64,000 bases of DNA from an uncultured virus (IMG/VR IMGVR_UViG_3300027734_000063) (IMGVR_UViG_3300027734_000063), one strand, 5' to 3'. Numbered from the stretch's first letter, positions 1 through 8,657 are shown. Notes: a model not told the origin generated them from the letters alone. A program made the numbers and translations.

Positions 1-126
1 ATTGTTGCCACCGATGGTAATGAGGATGTCATCTTCCGTAAGATGATTGAGCATACTGACTGCCCAGTTGGAGTCTATGAGTTCTTTTTGACCGATGATG
101 TTCTCATGCTCACTTCGGAGTATTGA
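1..126 (+). CDS. 5'-truncated hypothetical protein (DUF6876-like C-terminus)
   Basis: Frame 1 open from the window edge: IVATDGNEDVIFRKMIEHTDCPVGVYEFFLTDDVLMLTSEY*; DGN...IExTD.P...VLMLxSEY ending resembles a common phage family (recall, not searched). Confidence 0.6.
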   Translation: MVATDGNEDVIFRKMIEHTDCPVGVYEFFLTDDVLMLTSEY

Positions 127-127
127 G

Positions 128-307
128 ATGATGAGGGCTATCGTAGTGGACACCAATTCTCAAAGAGTAGGAGAGCATATTTGCCAGTCTTGGGCAGAGT
201 GCCATGAGTGGATTGATTCCTTTATTAATTGGAATGGTCTTATTCGCAAACAAGGGTATGTATGTGCTAGGGGAGAGATGCGTGTTTGGGTGGAGGAGAA
301 AAAGTAA
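128..307 (+). CDS. hypothetical protein
   Basis: ATG 1 nt after the upstream stop; TAA overlaps the next ATG. Confidence 0.6.
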   Translation: MMRAIVVDTNSQRVGEHICQSWAECHEWIDSFINWNGLIRKQGYVCARGEMRVWVEEKK

Positions 308-609
308 TGGCTACTTACTCTATCGGGGTTATGAAGTTCACCGAGCCATTGATTATGGAGGGGTCATGGGGTGAAAGGGATATCGGGACACACGAATCCA
401 CAATGGAATTGTTCTTTAATGATGATGCTACTGGCTTCATTGAATGGGACATTGAAGATGTGGGTTTTGAGCATATTGGTTTGTGGTTCTCGATTGATCC
501 AGTTGGCATACGCACACTGACTGAATACGATGGGGTGATGTGCTTATCCCATAAAGCCATTGAGATGTTGCGTAAATACGATGTAGTCGTGCCAAAGGAT
601 TTTGAGTAA
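307..609 (+). CDS. hypothetical protein
   Basis: GGAGGAG upstream, TAATG coupling; acidic 100 aa. Confidence 0.75.
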   Translation: MATYSIGVMKFTEPLIMEGSWGERDIGTHESTMELFFNDDATGFIEWDIEDVGFEHIGLWFSIDPVGIRTLTEYDGVMCLSHKAIEMLRKYDVVVPKDFE

Positions 610-762
610 TGGAGGGGGTTTTCTACGCAGATGTGGATAACCCCTTTTCCTGCCCCTTAGATGGGGCTAGGACAGTCGCATTGTCTGATGATGGGGAAAC
701 CTATATCGAGCAGTGCTTATTCTGCCAAAGGGTCTTTAAATTTCAATTTGAGGAGCATAACG

Positions 763-879
763 ATGTTCAATGAAAAAGAATGGTTAGTAAACGCAATACT
801 GGTGGTGGCTTGGGCATACATAGCATTTTTTATGTTCCCACAAGCCTTATATTTATTTATTCAAACTGGAGGGTTTTAA
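763..879 (+). CDS. small membrane protein (38 aa)
   Basis: GAGGAG RBS then MFNEKEWLVNAILVVAWAYIAFFMFPQALYLFIQTGGF; one hydrophobic helix. Confidence 0.6.
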   Translation: MFNEKEWLVNAILVVAWAYIAFFMFPQALYLFIQTGGF

Positions 880-880
880 C

Positions 881-1243
881 ATGGGTTGGACAGGACAAAC
901 ACCGCCTTACCACAAGGACAAAAAGAAGTGGCTAGAAGACGAGTTTAGGCAAGTTGGCGAAGTTGGCACTAATCCGTCATTTGAATTGACTGATGTATCT
1001 GTTAAGGGTCGTGAAGCATATGGGATTCTTAACATTGTCAAAGCAGACGGCACGAAGACTGGTTTTGGCATGGTCATGCTACTGGAGTGCAGTGCAAAGG
1101 AATGGGCATTAAAAGAGATGTCGGAAGACATGATGCCTTTTTATTACAACGCACCGAAGAAGATGATTCACAAACTGGATAGTCTTTATCCTGCCCGAAA
1201 CGAAAATGCCCTGAATTGGCGAAAGAAGTGTCTATCAAACTGA
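881..1243 (+). CDS. hypothetical protein (DUF6927-like)
   Basis: GGAGG RBS; MGW start and KEMSEDMMPFYYNAP...WR motif (recall). Confidence 0.7.
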   Translation: MGWTGQTPPYHKDKKKWLEDEFRQVGEVGTNPSFELTDVSVKGREAYGILNIVKADGTKTGFGMVMLLECSAKEWALKEMSEDMMPFYYNAPKKMIHKLDSLYPARNENALNWRKKCLSN

Positions 1244-1313
1244 TGAGCCTGTAAGGGCGAAACCACCTGAATCACCTTAATTGAGTGAACGATGCAGTAA
1301 GGTGGTCTTTGAT
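1234..1313 (+). ncRNA. type I hammerhead ribozyme
   Basis: Stem I ATCAAA 1234-1239/TTTGAT 1308-1313; CTGATGA 1240-1246; stem II GCCT-GTAA-GGGC; GAAA 1259-1262; stem III ACCACCT 1262-1268/AGGTGGT 1300-1306; GUC site ending at C1307. Confidence 0.92.
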
Positions 1314-1332
1314 TAACTGCTAGGAGATTGAA

Positions 1333-1800
1333 ATGGGTTTAGATATGTATTTATCAGCAAAACGCTACTTGTGGTCTGACAAAGACAAAGCGATATCGGA
1401 ACAAGTAGGCGAGATTATCGGGGTTCAGGGCGATCAGGAAAGACGATTCAATGGTTCAAGTCTGGTCGTGAAAGAGATATCCCTTGAAGCTATGTATTGG
1501 AGGAAAGCCAATGCCATTCATGGATGGTTCGTGAATGTAGTGCAGGATGGGGAGGATAACTGCCGAGAATACGAGGTAGAAAGAAGCCAGTTGCAAACCC
1601 TGCATGATTTGTGCAAGGACATACTGGAACATCCTGATGCCGAAAGGGATGCAGACCTAGAGCCAACGCAAGGGTTTTTCTTTGGTTCGTATGAAAAAGA
1701 CGAATGGTATTACCAAGACCTGAAGAACACTGTAGAGGGTTTGGAAAGGGTTTTGGCACTACCTGACGAATACTCATTTAGCTATCAAGCCAGTTGGTAA
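1333..1800 (+). CDS. conserved phage hypothetical protein
   Basis: TAGGAG RBS; MGLDMYL...YWRKANAIHGWF...GFFFGS...YQASW motif family. Confidence 0.85.
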   Translation: MGLDMYLSAKRYLWSDKDKAISEQVGEIIGVQGDQERRFNGSSLVVKEISLEAMYWRKANAIHGWFVNVVQDGEDNCREYEVERSQLQTLHDLCKDILEHPDAERDADLEPTQGFFFGSYEKDEWYYQDLKNTVEGLERVLALPDEYSFSYQASW

Positions 1801-1811
1801 AGGGGATAACC

Positions 1812-2087
1812 ATGCAAAATATTTGCGAAGACGGATATCAGGGCAATCACGATCCTGCATCCAGTAATGACGAAGTGATTGAGATGACTACCGATTCTCT
1901 TGATGATGGTTCGGTAGTTGTCAATCTCGATGTATGGGATACCGATCAACAATGCGTAGTCAAGATGGGTGGCTATGTCATGGTCAAGCAGGACGATGAA
2001 GAGAAGAGATTTTATGTTCTTGTCTATAACGGCAAAGGGGATGTTCTATCACAAACCCTTGTGCCATTTGACTTTGTGGAGTGCTGA
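1812..2087 (+). CDS. hypothetical protein
   Basis: AGGGG RBS before ATG 1812; tightly packed in operon. Confidence 0.7.
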   Translation: MQNICEDGYQGNHDPASSNDEVIEMTTDSLDDGSVVVNLDVWDTDQQCVVKMGGYVMVKQDDEEKRFYVLVYNGKGDVLSQTLVPFDFVEC

Positions 2088-2088
2088 T

Positions 2089-2376
2089 ATGCCAAAGATA
2101 CTTATCAAAGCGTATGACACTGTTATCCAAAACGAATGGTATGAGGATGGTGCATCCGTCCTTATCGGAGTTGCGGATAGAGACGATCATCCTGAAGAAG
2201 CTTTTTGGGGATGGGCAGATGAAAAGATTTACTTCTACCTTGATCCCGAAGAAATGGCAAACCTGAAAGTGGGCGATGTTCTTAACGATGGCGAAGACTT
2301 CACCATTGTCGAGATTGATAAAGACAATCCCCATATTTACGAAGTTGAATATGAATTGGAGACTGACCATGCCTAA
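2089..2376 (+). CDS. hypothetical acidic protein
   Basis: GGAG upstream of ATG 2089; operon packing. Confidence 0.7.
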   Translation: MPKILIKAYDTVIQNEWYEDGASVLIGVADRDDHPEEAFWGWADEKIYFYLDPEEMANLKVGDVLNDGEDFTIVEIDKDNPHIYEVEYELETDHA

Positions 2377-2542
2377 ATGGAATGTGATGATGACCACTGC
2401 CCAGTATATCGAAGTGGAAGCAGATACTCCTGCCAAAGCAGAGATGCAGGGGCTAAAGATGTATCAAAGTTGCGAAGTGCGACCTGAGTATCCCCTGTTT
2501 GTATGTGAAGAAGCTGACCTAATTGAAGAGGAGCAAGAATGA
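2369..2542 (+). CDS. small protein, MPKx-V...VEA...A family (DpnD/PcfM-like)
   Basis: MPKWNVMMTTAQYIEVEADTPAKAE; GGAG RBS. Confidence 0.65.
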   Translation: MPKWNVMMTTAQYIEVEADTPAKAEMQGLKMYQSCEVRPEYPLFVCEEADLIEEEQE

Positions 2543-2790
2543 AAGATATCAAAGACTACGACAAATACTGGCTAGAAGAAGCAAAGAAATTATTGCTTCA
2601 CAAACGCATTGTGAATGTTCGTTATTTAACGCAGGAAGAAGCAGATGACATGGGTTGGTATGAAAGAAGTGTTGCTTTCCAAACCCAAGATGGTTTGTGG
2701 TTTTTCCCTAGTCGTGATGATGAGGGTAATGGTGGAGGTGCGTTATTCACTTCTGATGAAAAACAAGGTTGTTTACCTGTAATGAGATAA
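2539..2790 (+). CDS. hypothetical protein
   Basis: GAGGAG RBS, ATGA overlap; PSRDDEGNGGGALF motif. Confidence 0.8.
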   Translation: MKDIKDYDKYWLEEAKKLLLHKRIVNVRYLTQEEADDMGWYERSVAFQTQDGLWFFPSRDDEGNGGGALFTSDEKQGCLPVMR

Positions 2791-2800
2791 GGAGAATCAC

Positions 2801-3094
2801 ATGGGTGCAGTAAATTTTTACCACATTGAAGTAGGCAAAAATGCCAAAGATGCTTTTAAGAAAGCAGTAGAGGAAGCCCAATACGATCATGGGCATAGTG
2901 GCTACACTGGCACGATTGCTGAGAAGAGCAGTTTTGTAATGATCCCTTTGCCTGATGGCATGACCCCGATGGAATTGGCTGACAAGTTGATGGAAGAAGA
3001 CGATCCACGAATCAACGACAAATGGGGGGATGCAGGATGTATAGCTATTCCTAACACCGATGAATATCTATTCTTTGGATGGGCAAGCGAATAA
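2801..3094 (+). CDS. hypothetical protein
   Basis: TAAGGAG RBS; GHSGYTGTIAEK and FFGWAS motifs. Confidence 0.8.
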   Translation: MGAVNFYHIEVGKNAKDAFKKAVEEAQYDHGHSGYTGTIAEKSSFVMIPLPDGMTPMELADKLMEEDDPRINDKWGDAGCIAIPNTDEYLFFGWASE

Positions 3095-3315
3095 TGGCAT
3101 ACGAAGTCCAAACCTACACCATCTGCGATGGATGGATGAATTGTTGGAGCATTGAAGACGATCATGGGATTTGCACTCCCATGATTTTTAGAACATACAC
3201 GGAAGCCCTAGAGGAGTTGACAGACTTTCTTGCTAATCAGCATGAAGCCTATACCAATGGTGCTATGGAAGATGCGTATGACCCACATGATTACCGAATT
3301 ATGGAGATTTTATGA
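3094..3315 (+). CDS. hypothetical protein
   Basis: TAATG coupling; 73 aa. Confidence 0.7.
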   Translation: MAYEVQTYTICDGWMNCWSIEDDHGICTPMIFRTYTEALEELTDFLANQHEAYTNGAMEDAYDPHDYRIMEIL

Positions 3316-3491
3316 AGAAAACACTTAAACAAATTGAAGATGAAATCAATCAAATTTATTACTACTACGACACTTGCAAAATGCAATATGGTGAATGGTC
3401 TTTGGGAGACAAAATTCGATTTGGACAGTTATACAAAATGAAAGAAAGAAGACTGGCTGAACATCAACATAAGGAGTTAGAAAATGCCTAG
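3312..3491 (+). CDS. hypothetical protein (59 aa, not in ORF track)
   Basis: GGAG RBS, ATGA overlap, open to TAG 3491. Confidence 0.65.
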   Translation: MKKTLKQIEDEINQIYYYYDTCKMQYGEWSLGDKIRFGQLYKMKERRLAEHQHKELENA

Positions 3492-3645
3492 TGATTTATT
3501 AGATGAATATTGTGAAGAAGAGTTTGGTCATACAGACTGGTCTATGGACTGGGATGAAGATGGCAACAGGGTCATTACTTTTTATCAAGAAGCAAGACAG
3601 TGTTATTTAGACGAAATGGCAGAAGAGGAGGAAGAAGATGCCTAA
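3484..3645 (+). CDS. hypothetical acidic protein (53 aa, not in ORF track)
   Basis: TAAGGAG RBS; MPSDLLDEYCEEEFGHTDWS... Confidence 0.7.
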   Translation: MPSDLLDEYCEEEFGHTDWSMDWDEDGNRVITFYQEARQCYLDEMAEEEEEDA

Positions 3646-3820
3646 ATATTTTGTAGTTTTTACCGAAGAATCCACAAAGGATTATGGCTACTATGTGGAA
3701 GCCAAAAACAAAGGTCAAGCCTATTTAAAAGCTGAAGATAAATACTTTAATTTTCAAGAAGCTGACAGTGTTAGCACTGGCTATGCCAAAACTTTAGGAC
3801 ATGAGGTGCAAAATGCCTAA
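3638..3820 (+). CDS. small protein, MPKx-V...VEA...A family
   Basis: GAGGAGG RBS; MPKYFVVFTEE...YVEAKNKGQAYLKA. Confidence 0.7.
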   Translation: MPKYFVVFTEESTKDYGYYVEAKNKGQAYLKAEDKYFNFQEADSVSTGYAKTLGHEVQNA

Positions 3821-4013
3821 ATATCGAGTATGTATAGCAAGGGAAGAGACCACCTTTTATTGGGTTGATGTCAATGCCAAAACCGAAAGCAAAGCTGAAG
3901 ACATGGCATGGGAAAGGTTCAATGAGGGTTCTTCTTCAATCATTGACAAGGGTGAAGTAGTTAATGCCGATGAATACATTGACAATGTAATCGAGGTGCA
4001 TGATGCCGACTAA
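3813..4013 (+). CDS. small protein, MPKx-V...VEA...A family
   Basis: GAGG RBS; MPKYRVCIAREE...VDVNAKTESKAEDMA. Confidence 0.7.
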   Translation: MPKYRVCIAREETTFYWVDVNAKTESKAEDMAWERFNEGSSSIIDKGEVVNADEYIDNVIEVHDAD

Positions 4014-4182
4014 ATGGAAAATAGTGCCATTCTTTGACTATGACGATTACTACCAAGTTGGCAGGACAGTCATGGTTGATGGCAAATATAAATTTGAATC
4101 AAAGGGCATCAAGTATCGGGACAAATCACAAGCCCAAACTTATGCGGACAAACTTAATAACAAGGAGAATCAAAATGCCTAA
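4000..4182 (+). CDS. hypothetical protein
   Basis: GAGG RBS; operon packing. Confidence 0.65.
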   Translation: MMPTKWKIVPFFDYDDYYQVGRTVMVDGKYKFESKGIKYRDKSQAQTYADKLNNKENQNA

Positions 4183-4759
4183 TTGGTGCGACAACACATT
4201 GTATTTATCACACACAGACCCAAAGATGGTGGACAAAGCCATTGAAGGATGGAAGAACAATAAATTCTTTGCAACACTGCGACCTGAGCCTGATTACACA
4301 CAGGTCAAAGTAAAGCCCACATTCCCAATGAACATGGCTACTGGGCAGGAAAAGCCTGAGTTTGTCGAACCAGACCAAGCATGGTGGGATTGGCGATTAC
4401 AGAACTGGGGAACAAAGTGGGAGATTGTCTCCGATGAAAGCTATATGGACATTCAAGAGAATGAGCATGGCAAATCTATCAGGGCATCGTTTTCTACTGC
4501 GTGGAGTCCTCCCACTGATTTGTATGAGTATCTGCATGAAGAGGGCTATGAGATCAAAGCCCATTACTATGAAGGTGGTTGTGCCTTTTGTGGATCATGG
4601 GAAGATGGTGTAGAGGACTTCTATAACATTGATCCACCTGAAGGCACGAAGACTAGCGTGTGGGTGCGTGAGAACATTCCTGAAGAACTGGATGCAGAGA
4701 TGGGTATTGCCGATAGCTATGAATCATTTGAAGACGAAGATGAAGAGGAGCAAGCATGA
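4175..4759 (+). CDS. YubB/DUF1281 (Api92-like) ferredoxin-fold protein
   Basis: AAGGAG RBS; MPNWCDN, WWDWRLQNWGTKW, FSTAWSPP, YYEGG...FCG motifs. Confidence 0.85.
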   Translation: MPNWCDNTLYLSHTDPKMVDKAIEGWKNNKFFATLRPEPDYTQVKVKPTFPMNMATGQEKPEFVEPDQAWWDWRLQNWGTKWEIVSDESYMDIQENEHGKSIRASFSTAWSPPTDLYEYLHEEGYEIKAHYYEGGCAFCGSWEDGVEDFYNIDPPEGTKTSVWVRENIPEELDAEMGIADSYESFEDEDEEEQA

Positions 4760-4926
4760 ACCAAGCCGACAAAGATGCAGAAAAATGGATGGAGATGAAT
4801 CAGAAAGTGCAGTATCGCAATCTGATTAAAGCCAAAGAACTAGGCGATCTTTATTACATTGACCAACATGGCACAGTCATCATTCACGATCCAAAGAAAG
4901 CAGAAGATGAACCTAAAGGACTGTAA
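4756..4926 (+). CDS. hypothetical protein (56 aa, not in ORF track)
   Basis: GAGGAG RBS, ATGA overlap, TAA 4924-4926. Confidence 0.6.
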   Translation: MNQADKDAEKWMEMNQKVQYRNLIKAKELGDLYYIDQHGTVIIHDPKKAEDEPKGL

Positions 4927-5188
4927 AGGCAAAGTGCCAGTCTTTGTGGGAGGGGATATTCACTACAAGTTTGTGGATTTCCCCACTAGGGAGCAGTTTG
5001 ACGAACTCTTTAAGCGTAATAACAAAACACTTCGGGATAAATACTGGGGTGTTTTAAAAATGCGGTCTAATGGGCATACACTGATAGAGACTGGTGAAGT
5101 TTATACCCTGACTAGAGAAAGAATTCGGCAGATTGAAGCTAAGTTTGTAAAGAAAGTAGCAGTTTCTTTAGAGACTGGGATGCTTTGA
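4907..5188 (+). CDS. sigma70 region-4-like HTH protein
   Basis: HTLIETGEVYTLTRERIRQIEAK matches the sigma70 region 4.2 TRERIRQIE motif. Confidence 0.75.
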   Translation: MNLKDCKGKVPVFVGGDIHYKFVDFPTREQFDELFKRNNKTLRDKYWGVLKMRSNGHTLIETGEVYTLTRERIRQIEAKFVKKVAVSLETGML

Positions 5189-5969
5189 AATTGCCTACCC
5201 TGATATGGTAATCATTGAAATCTTCCCCGACTGTTTCGGAGATCCAATACGGCTTGCCTGTTTTTTTGGCAGTCGTTTCTCCGATACTGTTGGGGTCATT
5301 ATCCGCAACGATGATCCCATCCCTGATGTTCCTACTTACAAACTCCATATTACTTGCACTAAAACAAATATAGACCTTATAAGGGATATTCATCTGTTTC
5401 ATAATGTTCCTGACGGACAGACCAGTGGCATAACCCTCGCAAAATATCGGAGTCCCTTTTGCATCAATAGTGAAAGTTGCTCCTTTGCTCGTTTGACCAT
5501 GCAAGAACTTCTTGTTCCCCTCGTCATCGATGAGTTGGCATCCCACAAGGGTGTTATTAAATCTCATTGGAATGACTAATATCTTTCTATCGTCCTTTAC
5601 CCATACATTCCCCTGTTCCGCATCGAACCCTTTCTTTTCCAAATATGGGTGCGTATCCAGACTGGTTTGAGAAAGAATCCATTCTGCTTTTGACGAAGCT
5701 TTTTTGGCTAATTCGGCTCTATCATTGTTTGACGAAGCGATCCGATCTTTTACTTCTTTTGACGAAGCGGACTTGCCATCAGCAAACCATGTGACTGGCT
5801 TTTCCATCGTAGCCCAGTTGATGACCCATCCAACCTCTCCTAAGAACTTGTAGCGACCATTGGATGATCTTGGGTGGTCTTCTGTTGGGGTAGCCGTCCA
5901 TTTGTCGTAGACCAAACTGTTATTCAGAATTAAGCCATGAACCTTTGCGAAATTGACGAAATCAATCAT
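5139..5969 (-). CDS. Toprim-domain DNA primase
   Basis: HPYLEKKG, CEGYATGLS, VADND, GEDFND motifs; adjacent to helicase. Confidence 0.85.
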   Translation of the reverse strand: MIDFVNFAKVHGLILNNSLVYDKWTATPTEDHPRSSNGRYKFLGEVGWVINWATMEKPVTWFADGKSASSKEVKDRIASSNNDRAELAKKASSKAEWILSQTSLDTHPYLEKKGFDAEQGNVWVKDDRKILVIPMRFNNTLVGCQLIDDEGNKKFLHGQTSKGATFTIDAKGTPIFCEGYATGLSVRNIMKQMNIPYKVYICFSASNMEFVSRNIRDGIIVADNDPNSIGETTAKKTGKPYWISETVGEDFNDYHIRVGNFKASQSLKKLLLSLQT

Positions 5970-7450
5970 GTTGCCCTCATTTTGTTTTGCCGTTTAGACC
6001 AAGCGATATTGCGGTGTTGAACCCATTTTTTAGTTTCGTGTGACGGAGTGCGTGTGGTATCAGTCAATCCCCTAGGCCAAACTCCAAACTTTTCCCGATA
6101 CTTATTGCTTGCCCAGTAAGGGTTATATTCCCTCTCTTGGGCGATGTATAACAACTCAGAATAAAAAGCTTGTTTAACATCGGTGGTGACACGACCACTA
6201 AAGCCAAGCTCTACAAGCTCTCCTTCTACTGCTTCTATTTGCTTTCTTGGTTTGACATAGCCACAGGAGGCACATGACGAAGCACCTTTAGCCCAAAGTG
6301 CGTGACACTGAGGACATTTAGACTCTGCCTTTTCTTTATCGGTAGGTTCTTTCTTGGTTTTCTCACCTTTGTCATCGAGTGCCTTGACACCTTCTGCATA
6401 GATTTCTTCCCAGTCATCCCTGAATCTGACATAGTTTCCTGAGTGATCTAGCCAAAGAGCAAAGTCTTTGCCGTCACAAGCTCGCATGACACGACCCAAT
6501 TGCTGAATATGAGAACTAAGTGACTTACTAAAAGGGCGAGCTGATACCCCAACCATAACATCAGGAACATCAAAGCCCCTAGTGAGAATATCAGTAGCAA
6601 TAAGACCATGAATAGATGTATCGGGCTTAGAGAAATCATCAATTACCTCCTGTTTATACTCACTATTGTCCTTATAGGATACGCTGACGAAGTTGTAACC
6701 CTTCCTGGCGAATTGCTCCACCAGGTCTTGACCATGAGCCACACCTGCACAGAACACGATTGTCTTGCGTGGTTTGCCGAAGATCTCATGGCACTTCTTA
6801 ATCCATTCTTCCACGATATCGCCAGTAATCTGCATACCTCTTTGCGTTACTTGGTCTGGACTCCATTCTCCTGCGACTTTCTTTACCCCTGTCATGTCGA
6901 TTTCTTTGGCAATAAAGACTTTTAGCGGTGCTAACCACTTGTTATTGACTAAAGATTCTGTCGTAGAAGCACAGACAACATTGGAATAGATGTTGCCCAA
7001 GCCCTTGGTGAATGGGGTAGCGGTTAGCCCAATAACCTTGATCTTGGGGTTAGTTTGGATGATCTCTGTAATCTGCTGACGAGTGATATGACATTCATCC
7101 ACAACCAATAGGTCAATGTCGGGGAAGTTTTGCCGTTTCTCAATGGTCTGAGATGAGCAAATCTGGATGCGTTGGGTAGGATCTTTCTTCCAGTGATCTG
7201 ACTGGATAACCCCATGTTTGATGGAATACTTGGTAAGACGAAGACTGGTTTGATCTATCAAAACGATCCGATCAAGGATCATGGCTGTTTTTTTATAGTT
7301 GTCTGCCGTAGCCTTCATCAGGTAGATAGCCACCTCTGTCTTGCCAAAGCCCGTTGGTGCATAGAGAAGTTGGCATCTATGCCCGTCCTTAAACCCTTGA
7401 CGAAGCGAATCCACCACTCCCATCTGATGTTCACGCAATACTAAATCCAT
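5966..7450 (-). CDS. superfamily 2 DNA helicase (RadD/YejH-like) with C-terminal Zn ribbon
   Basis: APTGFGKT, DECH, TAT, RGFDVP, QQLGRVMR; CPQC...CASC. Confidence 0.92.
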   Translation of the reverse strand: MDLVLREHQMGVVDSLRQGFKDGHRCQLLYAPTGFGKTEVAIYLMKATADNYKKTAMILDRIVLIDQTSLRLTKYSIKHGVIQSDHWKKDPTQRIQICSSQTIEKRQNFPDIDLLVVDECHITRQQITEIIQTNPKIKVIGLTATPFTKGLGNIYSNVVCASTTESLVNNKWLAPLKVFIAKEIDMTGVKKVAGEWSPDQVTQRGMQITGDIVEEWIKKCHEIFGKPRKTIVFCAGVAHGQDLVEQFARKGYNFVSVSYKDNSEYKQEVIDDFSKPDTSIHGLIATDILTRGFDVPDVMVGVSARPFSKSLSSHIQQLGRVMRACDGKDFALWLDHSGNYVRFRDDWEEIYAEGVKALDDKGEKTKKEPTDKEKAESKCPQCHALWAKGASSCASCGYVKPRKQIEAVEGELVELGFSGRVTTDVKQAFYSELLYIAQEREYNPYWASNKYREKFGVWPRGLTDTTRTPSHETKKWVQHRNIAWSKRQNKMRAT

Positions 7451-7453
7451 GAC

Positions 7454-8260
7454 TTACTTCTTCTTGGCTTGGGCTTTTAACTGACGAATCAGTTCTGCGT
7501 TCCTTTTCTGATACATATCTCTGCTATCACGCAAAGCTTTGTTATCAATCTCAAGGACACGAATCTGCTCACGCAAATTGATTACTGTATCGTGTATGTC
7601 CTCAACCTCAATCTCGCTTGCGTTCCATCGTTTGGTAGCGATGACATCTCTAGCTTGGGTTAGTTCCTTATCCAGTATGACGATGGTGTCTGTCAATTCC
7701 TGAATCTTTTCCTCTACTGGATCGGCTTCTGTAACCTCTACCTTGGGTTCTTCCTTCTTTTTGCCCAAGTTCTTGGTCTTCATCACAGTCTCTTTGCCGT
7801 CTTTAAGGTAGACAATCTCATCCTTTTGCGGTTCATCCAGTGACTTACGGATACGACCTATGGTCATGGCTGACACACCAATGTGCTTGGCAATGGTGGC
7901 ATTTGACCATTTGTTCCATTCAGAGTCCTTAAACATATTCAAGGCGATTTCACGCTTCTCTTCTGCCGTATGGGGTAGCCCATGATTGTTAGCGCCATAG
8001 GCGAACAGTTTGGCATCCCTGACAGTGCCGTCTTTGATGTCGCACTCAATGGAAACAATGTTATTGGTCTTGGTGGCAAAGTAGCGGTGGAATCCTGATG
8101 CAAGCCAGTAATCAGATCCATCAAAGAACACTGTAATGGGTGGGAATACGACCCCATCCTTCATTAAATCAGCGTATTCAGCTACTTTGTATTGGTTTAG
8201 TTCTTTTCTTGATTGTGTTCCGCCATCAATACGAATGACGGATATATTTAATTTTTTCAA
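7454..8260 (-). CDS. ParB/Srx-like N-terminal domain protein with HTH and coiled coil
   Basis: FPPITVFFDG...SGFHRY; SNATIAKHIGVSAMTIGRIR HTH; TTG start after GCTAGGAG RBS. Confidence 0.8.
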   Translation of the reverse strand: MKKLNISVIRIDGGTQSRKELNQYKVAEYADLMKDGVVFPPITVFFDGSDYWLASGFHRYFATKTNNIVSIECDIKDGTVRDAKLFAYGANNHGLPHTAEEKREIALNMFKDSEWNKWSNATIAKHIGVSAMTIGRIRKSLDEPQKDEIVYLKDGKETVMKTKNLGKKKEEPKVEVTEADPVEEKIQELTDTIVILDKELTQARDVIATKRWNASEIEVEDIHDTVINLREQIRVLEIDNKALRDSRDMYQKRNAELIRQLKAQAKKK

Positions 8261-8287
8261 TTCTTTCTCCTAGCAAATGGAAATTCC

Positions 8288-8315
8288 AGTTTAGCAAAAA
8301 ATAACAAACATACAA
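8288..8315 (-). promoter_or_regulatory. putative sigma70 promoter of ParB/helicase/primase operon
   Basis: Minus strand TTGTAT-16-TAAACT with TG extension. Confidence 0.5.
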
Positions 8316-8523
8316 CATAAATCTCATCCATAGTTACCCCAAGGGTGATAAGCATCACACCTGACCCAATGTATGAATACATCCAGTCCTACCTGAGTTA
8401 ATGTTCAATCGATGGATAGTTTGTCTCACCACTGGTCTATCCCTCTTGTGTAGTCCCCATTTAAGGCTACGAGGCTTGCAATCGGGTGAATGATTAGCCT
8501 ATGTTCTCTTCCACGCAACCCAG

Positions 8524-8601
8524 TTAGGTTCTTGATATCGTTTGGAGTACGGCAGGGAGAAGTAGGCACAAACATACGAACTTAATCGTTTGTCTACACA
8601 T
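8524..8601 (-). CDS. putative 25-aa hydrophobic (leader) peptide
   Basis: GCTAGGAGAAGTA-ATG; MCRQTIKFVCLCLLLPAVLQTISRT*. Confidence 0.35.
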   Translation of the reverse strand: MCRQTIKFVCLCLLLPAVLQTISRT

Positions 8602-8620
8602 TACTTCTCCTAGCCCGACT

Positions 8621-8649
8621 AGGTTACTACGGCTGAAAATTATTTGCAA
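8621..8649 (-). promoter_or_regulatory. putative sigma70 promoter
   Basis: Minus strand TTGCAA-17-TAACCT. Confidence 0.5.
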
Positions 8650-8657
8650 TAGTTTGA

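Noticed and set aside
685..736. Second hammerhead-like core CTGATGA-TGGG-GAAAC...GGTC
   Set aside because: No stem II between the core elements and no stem I pairing; better explained as a GAAA-capped hairpin
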